The notes below the pieces were generated by a model. That model did not search any database and was not told where the DNA came from. It worked only from the letters and a program-made list of their open reading frames with translations. Source: an uncultured Chloroflexia bacterium (GTDB lineage: Bacteria > Chloroflexota > Limnocylindria > QHBO01). From it: a DNA stretch of 64,000 nucleotides. Shown one piece after another: positions 42,985-53,832 of this stretch. Both the position numbers and the translations under genes were made by a program. The stretch is taken from the NCBI GenBank assembly GCA_963759405.1, contig CAVWZA010000010.1, positions 128,422-192,421 on the forward strand. Reading direction: 5' to 3'. The stretch's first letter is position 1. Each line of letters begins with the position of its first letter.

Positions 42985-43908
42985 ATGACCGCGGATGCCA
43001 GCCAGGTCCGGATCCGGCCGGGCACGCTCGAGGACAACCGCGCCTGCGCGGCCGTGCTGGTCGACGCGATCAACGATCTCGGACGCCGGCAGGGCTCGAT
43101 CGAGGAGGGATCCGCGCTCGACCTCGAGGTCCAGTGGCCGCGCTGGCAGCCCTTCATGGACCACGTCGCACGGACGGCCGCCGAGTTCTGGATCGCGGAA
43201 GGACCCGACGGGGAGGCGATCGGCTATGCCCGATCGATCGATCGGGATGGCGTCTTCGAGCTCACCGAATTCTTCGTGCGCCCTGGCATCCAGTCACAGG
43301 GCGTTGGGCGCGAGCTGCTCGAGCGAGCGTTTCCGCCGGGGCGCGGCAACCTGCGTCTCATCATCGCCACGACCGACATCCGGGCCATCTCGCGCTACCT
43401 GCGCGCCGACGTCATGCCGCGCTTTCCCGTCACGACCTTCACCGGACCCGCGCGCGAGGTACCGCTGGTGAGCGGGCTCGACGCGGAGCCGCTCGAGCTC
43501 GACCGGGACCTGGCTGACGTGAACGCGGTCGACGACGCCGTCCTCGGGCACCGGCGCGAGGTGGACCATCGCTGGTTCGCGGCGGAGCGTGAGGGGTATC
43601 GCTACCTTCGCGAGGGCCGCGTGGTGGGATACGGCTACGTCGGCCTGCCGGACCGCGGCGGGAACGGGCCGTTCGCCGTCCTCGACCCCTCGGACCTGCT
43701 CGGGGTGATGTCGCACGCGGAGCGTCGGCGCCACGAGCTCGGGGCAACCGAGGCCTCGTTCGAGGTCGCCCTTCACAACCGGACCGCGGTCGACCATCTG
43801 CTCGGGCGCGGCTACCGGATGGATGTGTTCATGACGCTGATCTGCTCGTCCGAGCCGTTCGGCAGCTTCGACCGATACCTGTTCTGCGCTCCGGCCCTGA
43901 TCCTGTGA
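42985..43908 (+). CDS. GNAT-family acetyltransferase with an additional C-terminal domain
   Basis: IRPGTLEDNRACAAVL...FFVRPGIQSQGVGRELLERAF. 307 aa, reads intact. Confidence 0.7.
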   Translation: MTADASQVRIRPGTLEDNRACAAVLVDAINDLGRRQGSIEEGSALDLEVQWPRWQPFMDHVARTAAEFWIAEGPDGEAIGYARSIDRDGVFELTEFFVRPGIQSQGVGRELLERAFPPGRGNLRLIIATTDIRAISRYLRADVMPRFPVTTFTGPAREVPLVSGLDAEPLELDRDLADVNAVDDAVLGHRREVDHRWFAAEREGYRYLREGRVVGYGYVGLPDRGGNGPFAVLDPSDLLGVMSHAERRRHELGATEASFEVALHNRTAVDHLLGRGYRMDVFMTLICSSEPFGSFDRYLFCAPALIL

Positions 43909-44680
43909 GCGACGGGCCGCACCGCGTCGACCGCCTCTGGCCGGACCCTGCGCTCGACCTCGAGCTCGACGACGCGATGGCCGGCTTCCATCCGCTCCCG
44001 GCTGGCGATGATCGGCCGGTGGTGGCGATCAACATGGTCACCAGCATCGATGGCCGCGCCCAGCTCGACGGGACCGCCGAGGGCCTCGGCAGCCGCGCCG
44101 ATCGGCGGCTGATGCGGCTCTACCGCGCCGCCTTCGACGCGGTGGGGAGCGGCGTCGGGGACGCTGCGCGCGACCGGCGTCTGGCTTCGCGTCGGCAACG
44201 ACCTCGCCGCGCGACGCGCAGCGCAGGGCCTGCCGCCGAATCCGATCGGAGTCGTGATCGCCGGCAGCCAGCCCGTGCCCACCGATGCGCGCTGGTTCAC
44301 CGGCGACGAGCCGCGCATCCTCGTCGTCGGGGCGCGGAACCCGATGACCGAGGTGCCGCCCGGGACGGAGCTGCTTCGAAGCCCCGACGACCGGCCGGAC
44401 CCGCGTCTGGGTGCTCGCGCGCCTCGCCGAGCGCGGGATCCGATCGCTGCTCCTCGAGGGCGGGCCGCACCTCAACGCCTCGTTCCTGGCGCGCGACCTG
44501 ATCGATGAGGTGTACTGGACGATCGGAGCCCACCTGCTCGGCACGGATGCGCTGCCGATGATCGCGCCGATCGAGGGAGGCTCGCCGTTCGCCCAGCGGC
44601 CGCGAGCGGGCCAGCTCGCCAGCGTGCTGCGCCACGAGAACGAGCTCTTCCTCCGCTATCGATTCGGGGTCGCCGGGTAG
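43905..44680 (+). CDS. RibD C-terminal domain / dihydrofolate-reductase-like family protein; frame breaks near 44160 and 44400
   Basis: VVAINMVTSIDGRAQLDGTAEGLGSRADRRLMRLYRAAFDAV..., IRSLLLEGGPHLNASFLARDLIDEVYWTIGAHLLG. Confidence 0.7.
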
Positions 44681-44689
44681 GATCGGTCC

Positions 44690-45584
44690 ATGACGCAGCT
44701 CGACCTCGGCCGGCTCGGGGTCTGGGGTCACCTCGATACGCTGGCGGCTCCGGACGCGATCGCCTACGCCCGGCGCGCGGAGGAGCTCGGGTACGGAACG
44801 CTCTGGGTGCCCGAGACGGTCGGGCGCGAGCCGATCGCCCTTTGCTCGCCTCCTGGCGGCTGCGACCGATCGGATCAACCTCGGCACCAGCATCATCAAC
44901 ATCTGGGGCCGTGACGCCCAGGCGGCGCGCATGGCCGCGCTCACCCTCGCCGAGGCGAGCGGTGGACGGTTCGTGCTCGGGCTGGGGGTCAGCCATCCGC
45001 ACCTCGCCGGAAAGCTCCGCGGCCATCGGTTCGAGCGCCCGCTGAGCCGGATGCGGGAGTACCTCGCCGCCTATCGCGCGGCCGTCTACCGGGGCCCGTT
45101 GCCGCCGGGCGGCTCCGAGCCACCGGTCATGGTTGCCGCTCTGCGGGAGCGGATGGTCGACCTGTCAGCGACCGATGCGGATGGTGCGCTCCCGTATCTC
45201 GTCACCGCGGAGCGCGTCGCCTGGATGCGCGACCGACTCGATGCCGCGGCAGATGGCCGGCGCCCGCGACTGGTCGTGACGCTCCCCGCGGTCATCGGCG
45301 AGCCCGGCGACCGCGACGCGGCGCGCGCGTACCTGAAGCCATACCTGCGCACGCCGACCTACCAGGCCTCCTGGGAGCTCCAGGGCTTCGAGGCTGCCGA
45401 CTGGGAGCCGCCGGGCAGCGACCGCCTCGTCGACGCGATGGTGGCAACCGGGCCGGTCGCCCTCGTTCGTGAGCGCATCGGCGCGATGCACGCCGCCGGC
45501 GCCGACCATGTCGCGATCATCCCGCTCGCTCCCGATGGGACGACCGAGCACGCACCGACGCTCGAGCAGCTGGCTCGCGGATGA
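44690..45584 (+). CDS. LLM-class (luciferase-like) F420-dependent oxidoreductase; frameshift near 44850
   Basis: LGVWGHLD...AEELGYGTLWVPETVGREP, RFVLGLGVSHPHL, GADHVAIIPL. Confidence 0.75.
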
Positions 45585-46832
45585 GTGACATCGACCCGGA
45601 GCGGTTGCCCGCGCTGCGGCGCCGGATGGTCTGGACCCTGTTCGCCGTGTCCGCTCTCGGAAGCACCGGCTACATCGCGGCCGTGACGGCCGGCACGCTG
45701 GCGGCTGCCGACATCGCCGGCAGCGCGGCGCCCGGCGGGCTGCCGACCGCGACGAGCACCCTCGGAACCGCGGCCGCTGCCAGTCTCCTTTCGTTCCTCA
45801 TGCTGCGCGTCGGCCGGCGCCCGGGCCTGCTGCTCGGGATCCTCGTCGGGACCCTCGGCGCCGCGATCGCGCTGGCGGGCGTGCGTCGCCGCATCGCTGC
45901 CGCTGCTCCTGGCCGGCAGCGCGCTGACGGGCTTCGCGAACGGCGCTGGGCAGCTGGGCCGCTACGTCGCAGCCGATCTCGCTGCGCCGGAGCGTCGAGC
46001 GCGGACCCTCGCCACCGTCGTGTGGGGCTCCACGATCGGCGCCGTCGCCGGCCCGAACCTCGTCGCCCCGGCCGGGGCAGTGGCCGAGTCGCTTGGCCTT
46101 CCGCCGCTGGCGGGCACCTACCTGCTCACGTTCGCCTTCATCGGCCTGGCGTGGGCGATCGTCTTCATCTTCCTTCGTCCGGAGCCCTACGAGCTGGCCG
46201 ACCCATCCGCGCTCGCTCCGCATCCGGAAGGCACCGAGCCCTCGTCCGTCGCGGCGCTGCTGCGCACGCCTGCGGTGCTCGTCGCGCTCGTCACGCTGGC
46301 GGCCGGCCAGGTGGTCATGGTCCTGATCATGACGATGACGCCGCTCCACCTGACCGACCACGGCCACGGCCTGACGACGGTCGGCATCGTCCTGTCGGCG
46401 CACACGTTCGGGATGTTCGCCCTCTCGCCGATCACCGGGCGCCTCGTCGACCGGTTCGGCAGCCCGCGCATCATCGCGGCCGGGCTGGCGACGCTGGCGG
46501 TCGCGGCGCTCATCGCGGCCGGTGCACCACCCGAAGGTGGGGCAGTGCTGACCCTCGCCCTGTTCCTGCTCGGCTACGGCTGGAACCTTGGCTTCGTGGC
46601 CGGATCGTCGATGCTGACGTCCGGCCTCACGCTCCGTGAGCGGACGCGGGTCCAGGGCGTGGCGGACGGCGTGATCTGGACCTCGGCAGCGTTGGCCAGC
46701 CTCTCGTCCGGGTTCATCGTGGCCGGTGCGTCCTACACGGCGCTCGGGCTGCTCGGGATCGCCCTGCTCCTGCCGCCGGCGGCGCTGCTGCTGGCCCGCG
46801 GCCGGGCAGCCGCCGTCGCCCGGCCTGCCTAG
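45581..46832 (+). CDS. MFS transporter; frameshift near 45880
   Basis: Twelve-TM pattern. LMLRVGRRPGLL (MFS loop 2-3 motif). The second half is in ORF 46020..46832. Confidence 0.8.
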
Positions 46833-46878
46833 GGACGCGCGTTGGCGCGATCCGACCGGCCTCGGCATACTGGCGCCC

Positions 46879-47296
46879 ATGCCACGCACCAGACCGCTGT
46901 TTCGGCGCGCCGCGCTCGCGGTGATCACCGCTGCTCGCCGTCATGCTCAGCGTCGCCGCCTGCAACCTCGGGGGCTCGTCATCTCCCAGCCCGGCCGTAT
47001 CTCCGACCCCGGATTCGTGCGGGCCGGACGAGGTCGCCGGCGGGGGCATCCACGGCACCGTGGTCGATCCCGAGGACCACCCGCTCAACGACATCTTCAT
47101 CAGCATCCAGACCCCGGATGGGTTCCGCGGTGAGACGCATACCGGCGAGGACGGCGTCTTCACCGCGCTCGGCGTCTCGGGGGACTTCCAGATCACGACG
47201 ACCGATATCGACTACGCCGAGGTGGTGCGCGAGGTGACGGTGCCCTGCGGCGAGCTGGTCGACGTCGAGCTGGTGCTCGTGCCGGTGGACCGCTAG
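46879..47296 (+). CDS. Lipoprotein with a carboxypeptidase-regulatory-like (Ig-like) domain; frameshift near 46925
   Basis: Signal MPRTRPLFRRAALAVITAA / lipobox SVAAC. IHGTVVDPEDHPLNDIFISIQTPDGFRGETHTGEDGVF. Confidence 0.5.
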
Positions 47297-47299
47297 CGG

Positions 47300-47863
47300 G
47301 TGATTCGTACCGAGCGGCTGCTCATGCGGCGCTGGCGCCAGGAGGATCGCGAGCCGTTCGCGGCGCTCAACGTGGATCCGGCGGTGAGGGAGCACTTCCA
47401 GGGACCGATGCTGCGCGAGGACTCCGACGCGTTCATCGACCGCATCGAGCATCACTGGGACGAGCATGGCTGGGGCAACTGGGCGATCGAGGTGCCGGAC
47501 GTCGCGCCCTTCATCGGGTACGTGGGCCTGTGGCCGGCCGACTATGTCGCCAACCGGCCGATGGTCGAGGTGGGCTGGCGCCTGGCGAGGGAGCACTGGG
47601 GCAATGGATACGCCACGGAGGCGGCGCGGGAGGCGCTTCGGTTCGGCTTCGAGGAGGTTGGGCTGGAGGAGATCGTGTCGTTCACGGTCCCCCAGAACGT
47701 GCGTTCCCGGCGCGTCATGGAGCGCATCGGCCTGATCAGGGACCCGGCGGGCGACTTCGACCATCCGAATGTCGACCCGGTCGCGTATCCGCACCTTGTC
47801 GGGCACGTCTTCTATCGGCTCAGCCGCGATCAATGGCGGGCATCGAGGCCCTTCCCAGAATAG
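47300..47863 (+). CDS. GNAT acetyltransferase (RimJ/RimL-like)
   Basis: TERLLMRRWRQEDREPFAALN...EVGWRLAREHWGNGYATEAAREALRFGFEEVGLEEIVSFT...NVRSRRVMERIG. Confidence 0.8.
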   Translation: MIRTERLLMRRWRQEDREPFAALNVDPAVREHFQGPMLREDSDAFIDRIEHHWDEHGWGNWAIEVPDVAPFIGYVGLWPADYVANRPMVEVGWRLAREHWGNGYATEAAREALRFGFEEVGLEEIVSFTVPQNVRSRRVMERIGLIRDPAGDFDHPNVDPVAYPHLVGHVFYRLSRDQWRASRPFPE

Positions 47864-47876
47864 AACAGACGTTCTA
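47861..47876. promoter_or_regulatory. Second LexA-type SOS box TAGAAC-N4-GTTCTA overlapping the -10 (TATCAT) of the dnaE2 promoter
   Basis: TAGAACAGACGTTCTA, 15 nt upstream of ATG 47891. The context is almost identical to the imuA' promoter. Confidence 0.7.
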
Positions 47877-47890
47877 TCATCGGTCGTCCG

Positions 47891-50800
47891 ATGGGCATGC
47901 CGGACGACTACTGCGAGCTTCACGCGCACACCAACTTCAGCTTTCTCGACGGTGCCACGCATCCCGAGGAGCTGATCGCCCGCGCGGCTCAGCTCGCGTT
48001 GCCCGCACTGGCAATCACCGATCATGCGGGCCTGTACGCGGCGGTCCGGGCCTGGAAGGCGGCGCAGGAGACCGAGACCGATGCCGCCCGCGAGGCGGGC
48101 CTGCAGCCGGTTCGCCCGATCATCGGCCTCGAGATCACCATCCCGCGCACCGATGACGAGCTCCGCCTGGCGCGGCGTGGCCGCAAGCTGAACGACCCCC
48201 TTCGCGGCGAGCAGGCGAGCCGGGGCTGGCCCGGCGAGCACCATGCCGGCCCGATCCCCGGAGACCACCTCGTCCTGCTGGCGCGCGACGTTGATGGCTA
48301 TACCGCACTCTCCCGGTTGGCAAGCCGCGGCCACCTGGCGGGCGAGAAGCAGTTCCCGGTCTTCGAGCGGTCGCTCGTCGAGGCGGCGCTCGAGGACGCG
48401 CGCGGGCACCTGTTCGGCCTGTCGGGTTGCCGGAACGGCCAGGTCTCGCGCCTCCTGCTGGCCGGCGAGCGCAGCTCGGCGCTGGAGGCTGCCCGCGCGT
48501 GGGCGGCGCGCTTCGGCGACGGCGACTTTGCCGTCGAGCTGAGCCATCACCTGCAGCCCGACGACGACTGGCTCGTCGCACAGCTCGCCGAGCTGGCGGA
48601 TGCGGCCGGCCTGCCCACGGTCGTCACCAACGAGGTCCACTACGCCGATCCCGACGGCCATCGGCTCCAGGACGTGCTCGTCTGCATCCGCCACGGTGCC
48701 ACGCTCGATGAGGCGCGCGAGCTGCTGCTGCCGAACGCGGAGTACCGGCTCAAATCGGGCCGCGAGCTGGCGAGCATCGGCCAGGGACTGTCCGACGCGC
48801 GCAGCCGCCACGCCTGGGAGGAGGGTATGGCGCGCAGCGCGGCCATCGGCGAGGCCTGCCGCCTGGAGCTCGGCTTCGAGCGCTATCGGTTTCCCGGGTT
48901 CAGCGTGCCGAAGGGGGAGACCGCGTTCTCATATCTCTACCAGCTTGCCCACGACGGCTTACTGCGCCGTTACCAGCCGATTACCAAGCGCGCGCTGAGC
49001 CAGCTCACCCACGAGCTCGAGATCATCGATCGGACCAACCTCGCCGAGTTCTTCCTGATCGTGTGGGACCTCATGGAGTTCGCGCGCACGAACGACATCA
49101 TCGGCCAGGGACGGGGGAGCGCCGGCGACTCGATCGTGGCCTACTGCCTCGGCATCACCAAGGTCGACCCGATCGAGCACAAGCTCCTCTTCGAGCGCTT
49201 CATCAACGAGGCGCGCGCGTTGCCCGACATCGACATCGACTTCGACGTCAACCGGCGCGAGGAGGTGATCCAGTACCTCTACACCAAGTACGGCGCCGAT
49301 CACGCCGCCATGGTCTGCACCATCGTCACCTATCGAGCTCGAAGCGCCGTGCGCGAGGTGGCCAAGGCGCTCGGGTTTCCCCTCGAGGGCATCGATGCGC
49401 TCGCCAAGGCGCTCGACACGCGCGATGCGACCGACGTGGCGCGCGACCTCGCGCTCGACGGCAGCTTCGCCTGGCTGTTCGACGAGCTCGGGATCGAGAT
49501 GGCCGATGCGGCCGTCCCGCCCGGTCGCGACGGACGCGGCTCGGGAATCGTGCACCGGCAGGCCGATTCGTCGTGGAACCCGAGGCCACGGCCGGCCATC
49601 GACCTCCGGCCGCAGGCCGTCAGCCTCGGCTCCTGGGCGCCCGGCAAGAAGCCGCAGGTGCTCGACCCGGAATCCCGCCCGGTCAGCGAGGGCGGCTGGT
49701 ACCCGCCGAAGCGGGCGCGCGTGCTCGACGCATCGGTCACGACGGTCCGGCACGAGTCGGAGACGACGAAGCGCTACGCGCGCTCCGGCGAGCTGGCCGG
49801 CGAGGAGCTCGCGCTGCCGACGCCGCGTGACAACGGCTCGCCCGGGCCGTCGAGCGGGAGGCCGAAGCTCGTGCGCATCGATCCGGAGTCCGGCATGCCG
49901 ATCGAGGAGCGTCGCCGACCACGGGTCGTGCCGGAGGCCCCCCGCGACGACGGTTCTGGACAGATGCTCATGGAGCGAGCGTTATCCACGGTTCCGACCT
50001 CCGAACCGGCTCAGATCGGCTCTGAAACCTTGGTAAATCTCGGCATTCAAGCGGACGCGAGCGCCGGTTCGTCGGATAACGCTCACCTGGTGAGCATCTG
50101 GCAGGAACGTGGCGACGCACCGGCCCTCGAGCACTCCCCACGCAACCGATGGCAGTGGCTCCTCACCATGTGCGCCGAGATCGACGGCTTCCCGCGCCAC
50201 CTCGGCATCCACGTCGGCGGCATGCTCGTCACACGAACCCCGCTGATCGACCTCGTCCCGATCGAGCGCGCCACCATGCCGAACCGGGTCGTCACCCAGT
50301 ACGACAAGGAGGACGTCGAGCAGCTCGGCCTGGTGAAGATCGACCTGCTCAGCCTGAGGACCCTGGGCGTGGTCTCGGACGCGCTGCAACGGATCGAGCG
50401 CGACACGGGCCGAAGGATCGACCTCGATAGCCTGCCGCACGACGACCCCGACGTGTACGCCAGCATCCAGGCGGCCGACACGGTCGGCATGTTCCAGATC
50501 GAGTCGCCGCGCCCAGATGCAGTCGCTGCCCAAGGCACGGCCGGAGCGCTTCGAGGATCTCGTCGTCCAGGTGGCGATCATCCGGCCCGGCCCGGTGCAG
50601 GGCAACGCCGTCCATCCCTACCTGCGACGCCGCGCCGGCGAGGAGGAGGTGACCTACGCCCACCCCAGCCTCGAGCCGATCCTCGAGCGACACCCTCGGC
50701 GTGATCCTCTACCAGGAGCAGGTGATGCAGGTCGCCATCGAGGTCTGCGGCTACACCGCGGTCGAGGCCGACATCTTCCGCAAGGCGATGGGCTCCCACC

Positions 50801-51894
50801 GCAGCCACGCCAAGATGCAGGCCGAGCGTGGCCGCTTCGTCGGCGGCGCCATGCGCACCGGCCTCACGGAGCCCGACGCGGAGGCGCTCTTCCAGAAGTG
50901 CAGCGCCTTCGCCGAGTTCGGCTTCGCCCGCGCTCACGCCGCCGCCTTCGCCAAGATCAGCTACGACACCGCCTGGCTGAAGCGCTACTACCCGGCGCAC
51001 TACACCGTCGGCGTGCTCAACAACCAGCCGATGGGCTTCTACTCGCCGGCGGTCGTCATCAACGACGCGAAGCGCCACGGAATCCGCGTCCTGCCGATCG
51101 ACGTCAACGAGTCGGCCTGGGAGCACGACACACGACCGAACGGTGACGGCATGCACGCCATCCGCCTCGGGCTGCGCCAGGTGAAGGGGATCGACGAGCG
51201 GGCGAAGGAGATCCTCGAGCGCGAGCGCGCCATCGGTCCCTATGCGTCCGTCCGCGACTTCGTCGCCCGTACCCAGCTCGGCGAGCAGGTGGTCGAGCGG
51301 CTCATCAGCATCGGCGCCTTCGGCTGGACCGATGCGCCCCGCCGTGAGCTCCTCTGGCAGCTGCGCACCACCCTGGCCGATGCCGACCCGGAGCATCCGG
51401 CGCTGGGCCTGACCGATGACGCCCAGCGCGCGCTCGGCGCCTCTCTGCCGCCCATGACCGACGCCGAGCAGGTGGCCGCCGACTACCGGGACACCGGCGT
51501 CGCACCGAACCTCCACGCCGTCGAGCTGTTCCGCGAGCGGCTCGCGTCGCGCGGAGTGATCACGGTGGCCGATGCCGCCCGGCTGCGCGATCGGTCCCAG
51601 ATCCGGCTGGCCGGGCTGGCGGTGAGCGTGCAGCACCCGATGACGGCCAAGAACTTCGTGTTCATCGCGCTCGAGGACGAGACGGGCATGATCAACGTCA
51701 CCCTGCGCCCGCAGGTCTACCAGGCCCATCGCGCGCTGCTGCACCGACATCCGCTGCTGGTGATCGACGGCCGGCTGCAGGTCGAGGGAGCGGTGCTGAA
51801 CGTGATCGCGCAGCGGCTGCGTTCCGTGGACGACGCCCTCGACGGCGTGCCCGAGAAGCTCCCACTGGCGAAGCAGCAACGCATGTTCCGCTGA
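47891..51894 (+). CDS. dnaE2: Error-prone DNA polymerase III alpha, DnaE2 type, with a large internal insertion; frame breaks near 50508 and 50695
   Basis: PHP start [92 protein letters not shown] box upstream and imuA'B nearby. Confidence 0.9.
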
Positions 51895-51992
51895 TGGCGG
51901 CACCGCTACGATCTGGAGGTGCGGGCGCTGGAGTGCGAATCGACGACGTGGGGCTGGCCGGCTGAAACCGCGCGGCCTCGCGAGGGGCCGAG

Positions 51993-53725
51993 GTGAGCGC
52001 CGAAGCCACGATGGTCGCCGCCGCCGCGGTGGTCACGGGCACCCTCGTGGCCATGGCGTCGAGGCGGGTGCCCCCGGTGCTGGCCCTCGCCGGAGGCCTG
52101 ACGCTGGCCGGCATCCTCGGGCTGGCAACCGTCGACGAGCTCGCATCGGGCCTCTCGAACCCGGGCGTCATCACCATCGGTGCCATGCTCGTCCTCGCCA
52201 AGGGGATCGTCCAGACCGGGGTGGTGACCCGTCTCAGCTGGCTCCTGCTGTCGACGACTCAGAGCGCTCGCCAGGCGTTGCTGCGGCTGATGGGGCCGGC
52301 GGGCGTGGCCTCTGCCCTGATGAACACCACGCCACTGATCGCGATGCTGATCCCCGCCACTCGGGAGCTCGAGCAGACACGAGGCATCCCGGCGCGCGAG
52401 GTGCTGCTGCCGATCGCGCACGTCACCACCCTGTCGGGTTCGGTGTCGCTGATCGGCACCAGCTCGAACCTCCTCATCGCCGGCATCGCGGCGGGCCGGG
52501 GGATCGAGATGGGGATGCTCTCGTACGCCCCCGTGGCGCTTCCCACCGCGCTCGTCGGTTCGCTGGTCATCTACCTCTTGGCGCCACTGCTGCTGCGCGG
52601 GAAGGTTGCGTCCACGCAACCCGCACGCGATTGGCGCGTGGAGATCCCCGTGACGGCGCACGCGCTCATCAATGGGCACCGGGCTTCGACCGAGGGCGTG
52701 GCGCGAACCCAGCAGTACGAGCTGGCCGGCATCCACCGCTGGGGCGAGGTGGTCGACCCCGACGCGAGATCGAGGCCGATGACCTGCTGACGTTCTCGGC
52801 CACCGAGGCCGGCGTCAGCGCCCTGTGGCGCAGCCCGCTCTTCGGCAACTCGCCGCAGCGCCTGTACGCGACGACCATCAAGCTCGCCGAGGGCAAGACG
52901 CTGCGTGACTTCGAGGGCGAGTCGCTGCGCGTCGTGGCCGCGCGCACCGACCGACCGCTGCGCGAGACGGTCCCGGCGCCGGGCGACACGTGCTTCGTCA
53001 CGGCCGAGAACGTCGAGGCGATCGAGCGGAACGAGGCGTTTGCGCTGTGGCAAAGCGCCGCCGGCCGCGCCCCGCAGCCGGGCAACACCTGGATCGCCGT
53101 GGCCATCATGGGTGCGGTGATCGCAGTCGCCACCCTGGGCCTGCTGCCGATCGTGCTGGCCGCCGTGGCAGGGGCGGTCCTGATGGTGCTGACGGGCGTC
53201 CTCACTCCCGGATCCGCCGGCCGAGCACTCGACTGGAACGTGCTGTTCGTCATTGCGGGGTCTGTCGGACTGGGCGCGATCGTCGTGTCGAGCGGCCTCG
53301 CCGACCTGATCGCCGGCGGCATTCGGCTCGCGTCCGGTGGGAGCGAGCTCCTGTTCGTGATCGCGTTCGCCGCGATCACGACCCTGATGACGAACCTCAT
53401 CACCAACGCCGCCGCAGCCTCGATCCTGACGCCCGTCGGGATCGCGATCGCGCTCGAGTACGGGATCGACCCCACGGTGATCCTCGCGCTCATCGGGACC
53501 TGCATCTCCTTCACGTTCCTGAACCCGTTCGGCCATCAGACGAACATGATGGTGATGCGGCCGGGCGGCTACACGACCGCGACCTTCCTCCGCTTCGGGA
53601 CGCCAGTCCTCCTGGCCGCCCTGATCACCGCGCCCGCGGTCGCCTACCTGTTGATCAGGATCCCGCCGGGATCTGAGCAGCGGTCCATGTTCCACGAGAC
53701 CCCCTTCGGCTTGTGGCTTGCCTGA
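51993..53725 (+). CDS. SLC13/DASS-type anion permease with two central TrkA-C (RCK_C) domains; frameshift near 52760
   Basis: NPGVITIGAMLVLAKG, SALMNTTPLIAMLIP, two TrkA-C-like segments, then TNLITNAAAASILTPVGIAIA. Confidence 0.75.
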
Positions 53726-53832
53726 CGCCGGGTTTAGACTCGCTCGACGCGGCGCCACCCGAGCGCTCGACCGCTACCAGCGGGGGATCTTTGCCCGAGC
53801 TTCGTCCGTCTCCTCGGCGACGCGTGCGCCCC

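Noticed and set aside
47695-47706. GAAC-N4-GTTC (AGAACGTGCGTTCC) inside the GNAT gene, 155 bp upstream of the dnaE2 SOS box, as an auxiliary LexA site.
   Set aside because: It lies within coding sequence and only the core tetramers match. It could be chance. It is mentioned under the dnaE2 promoter finding but not called as a feature.
40240-47876. tRNA-Ala(CGC) as the integration site of a genomic island carrying imuA'B … dnaE2.
   Set aside because: No integrase, recombinase or phage/plasmid genes. I could find no direct repeat of the tRNA 3' end. The intervening genes (GNATs, LLM oxidoreductase, MFS) have the same composition and coupling style as the rest of the window.
49493-50141. DnaE2 insertion as an intein.
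   Set aside because: No Cys/Ser at an N-extein junction, no terminal His-Asn, and no homing-endonuclease or Hint motifs. The sequence is low-complexity and disordered-looking.
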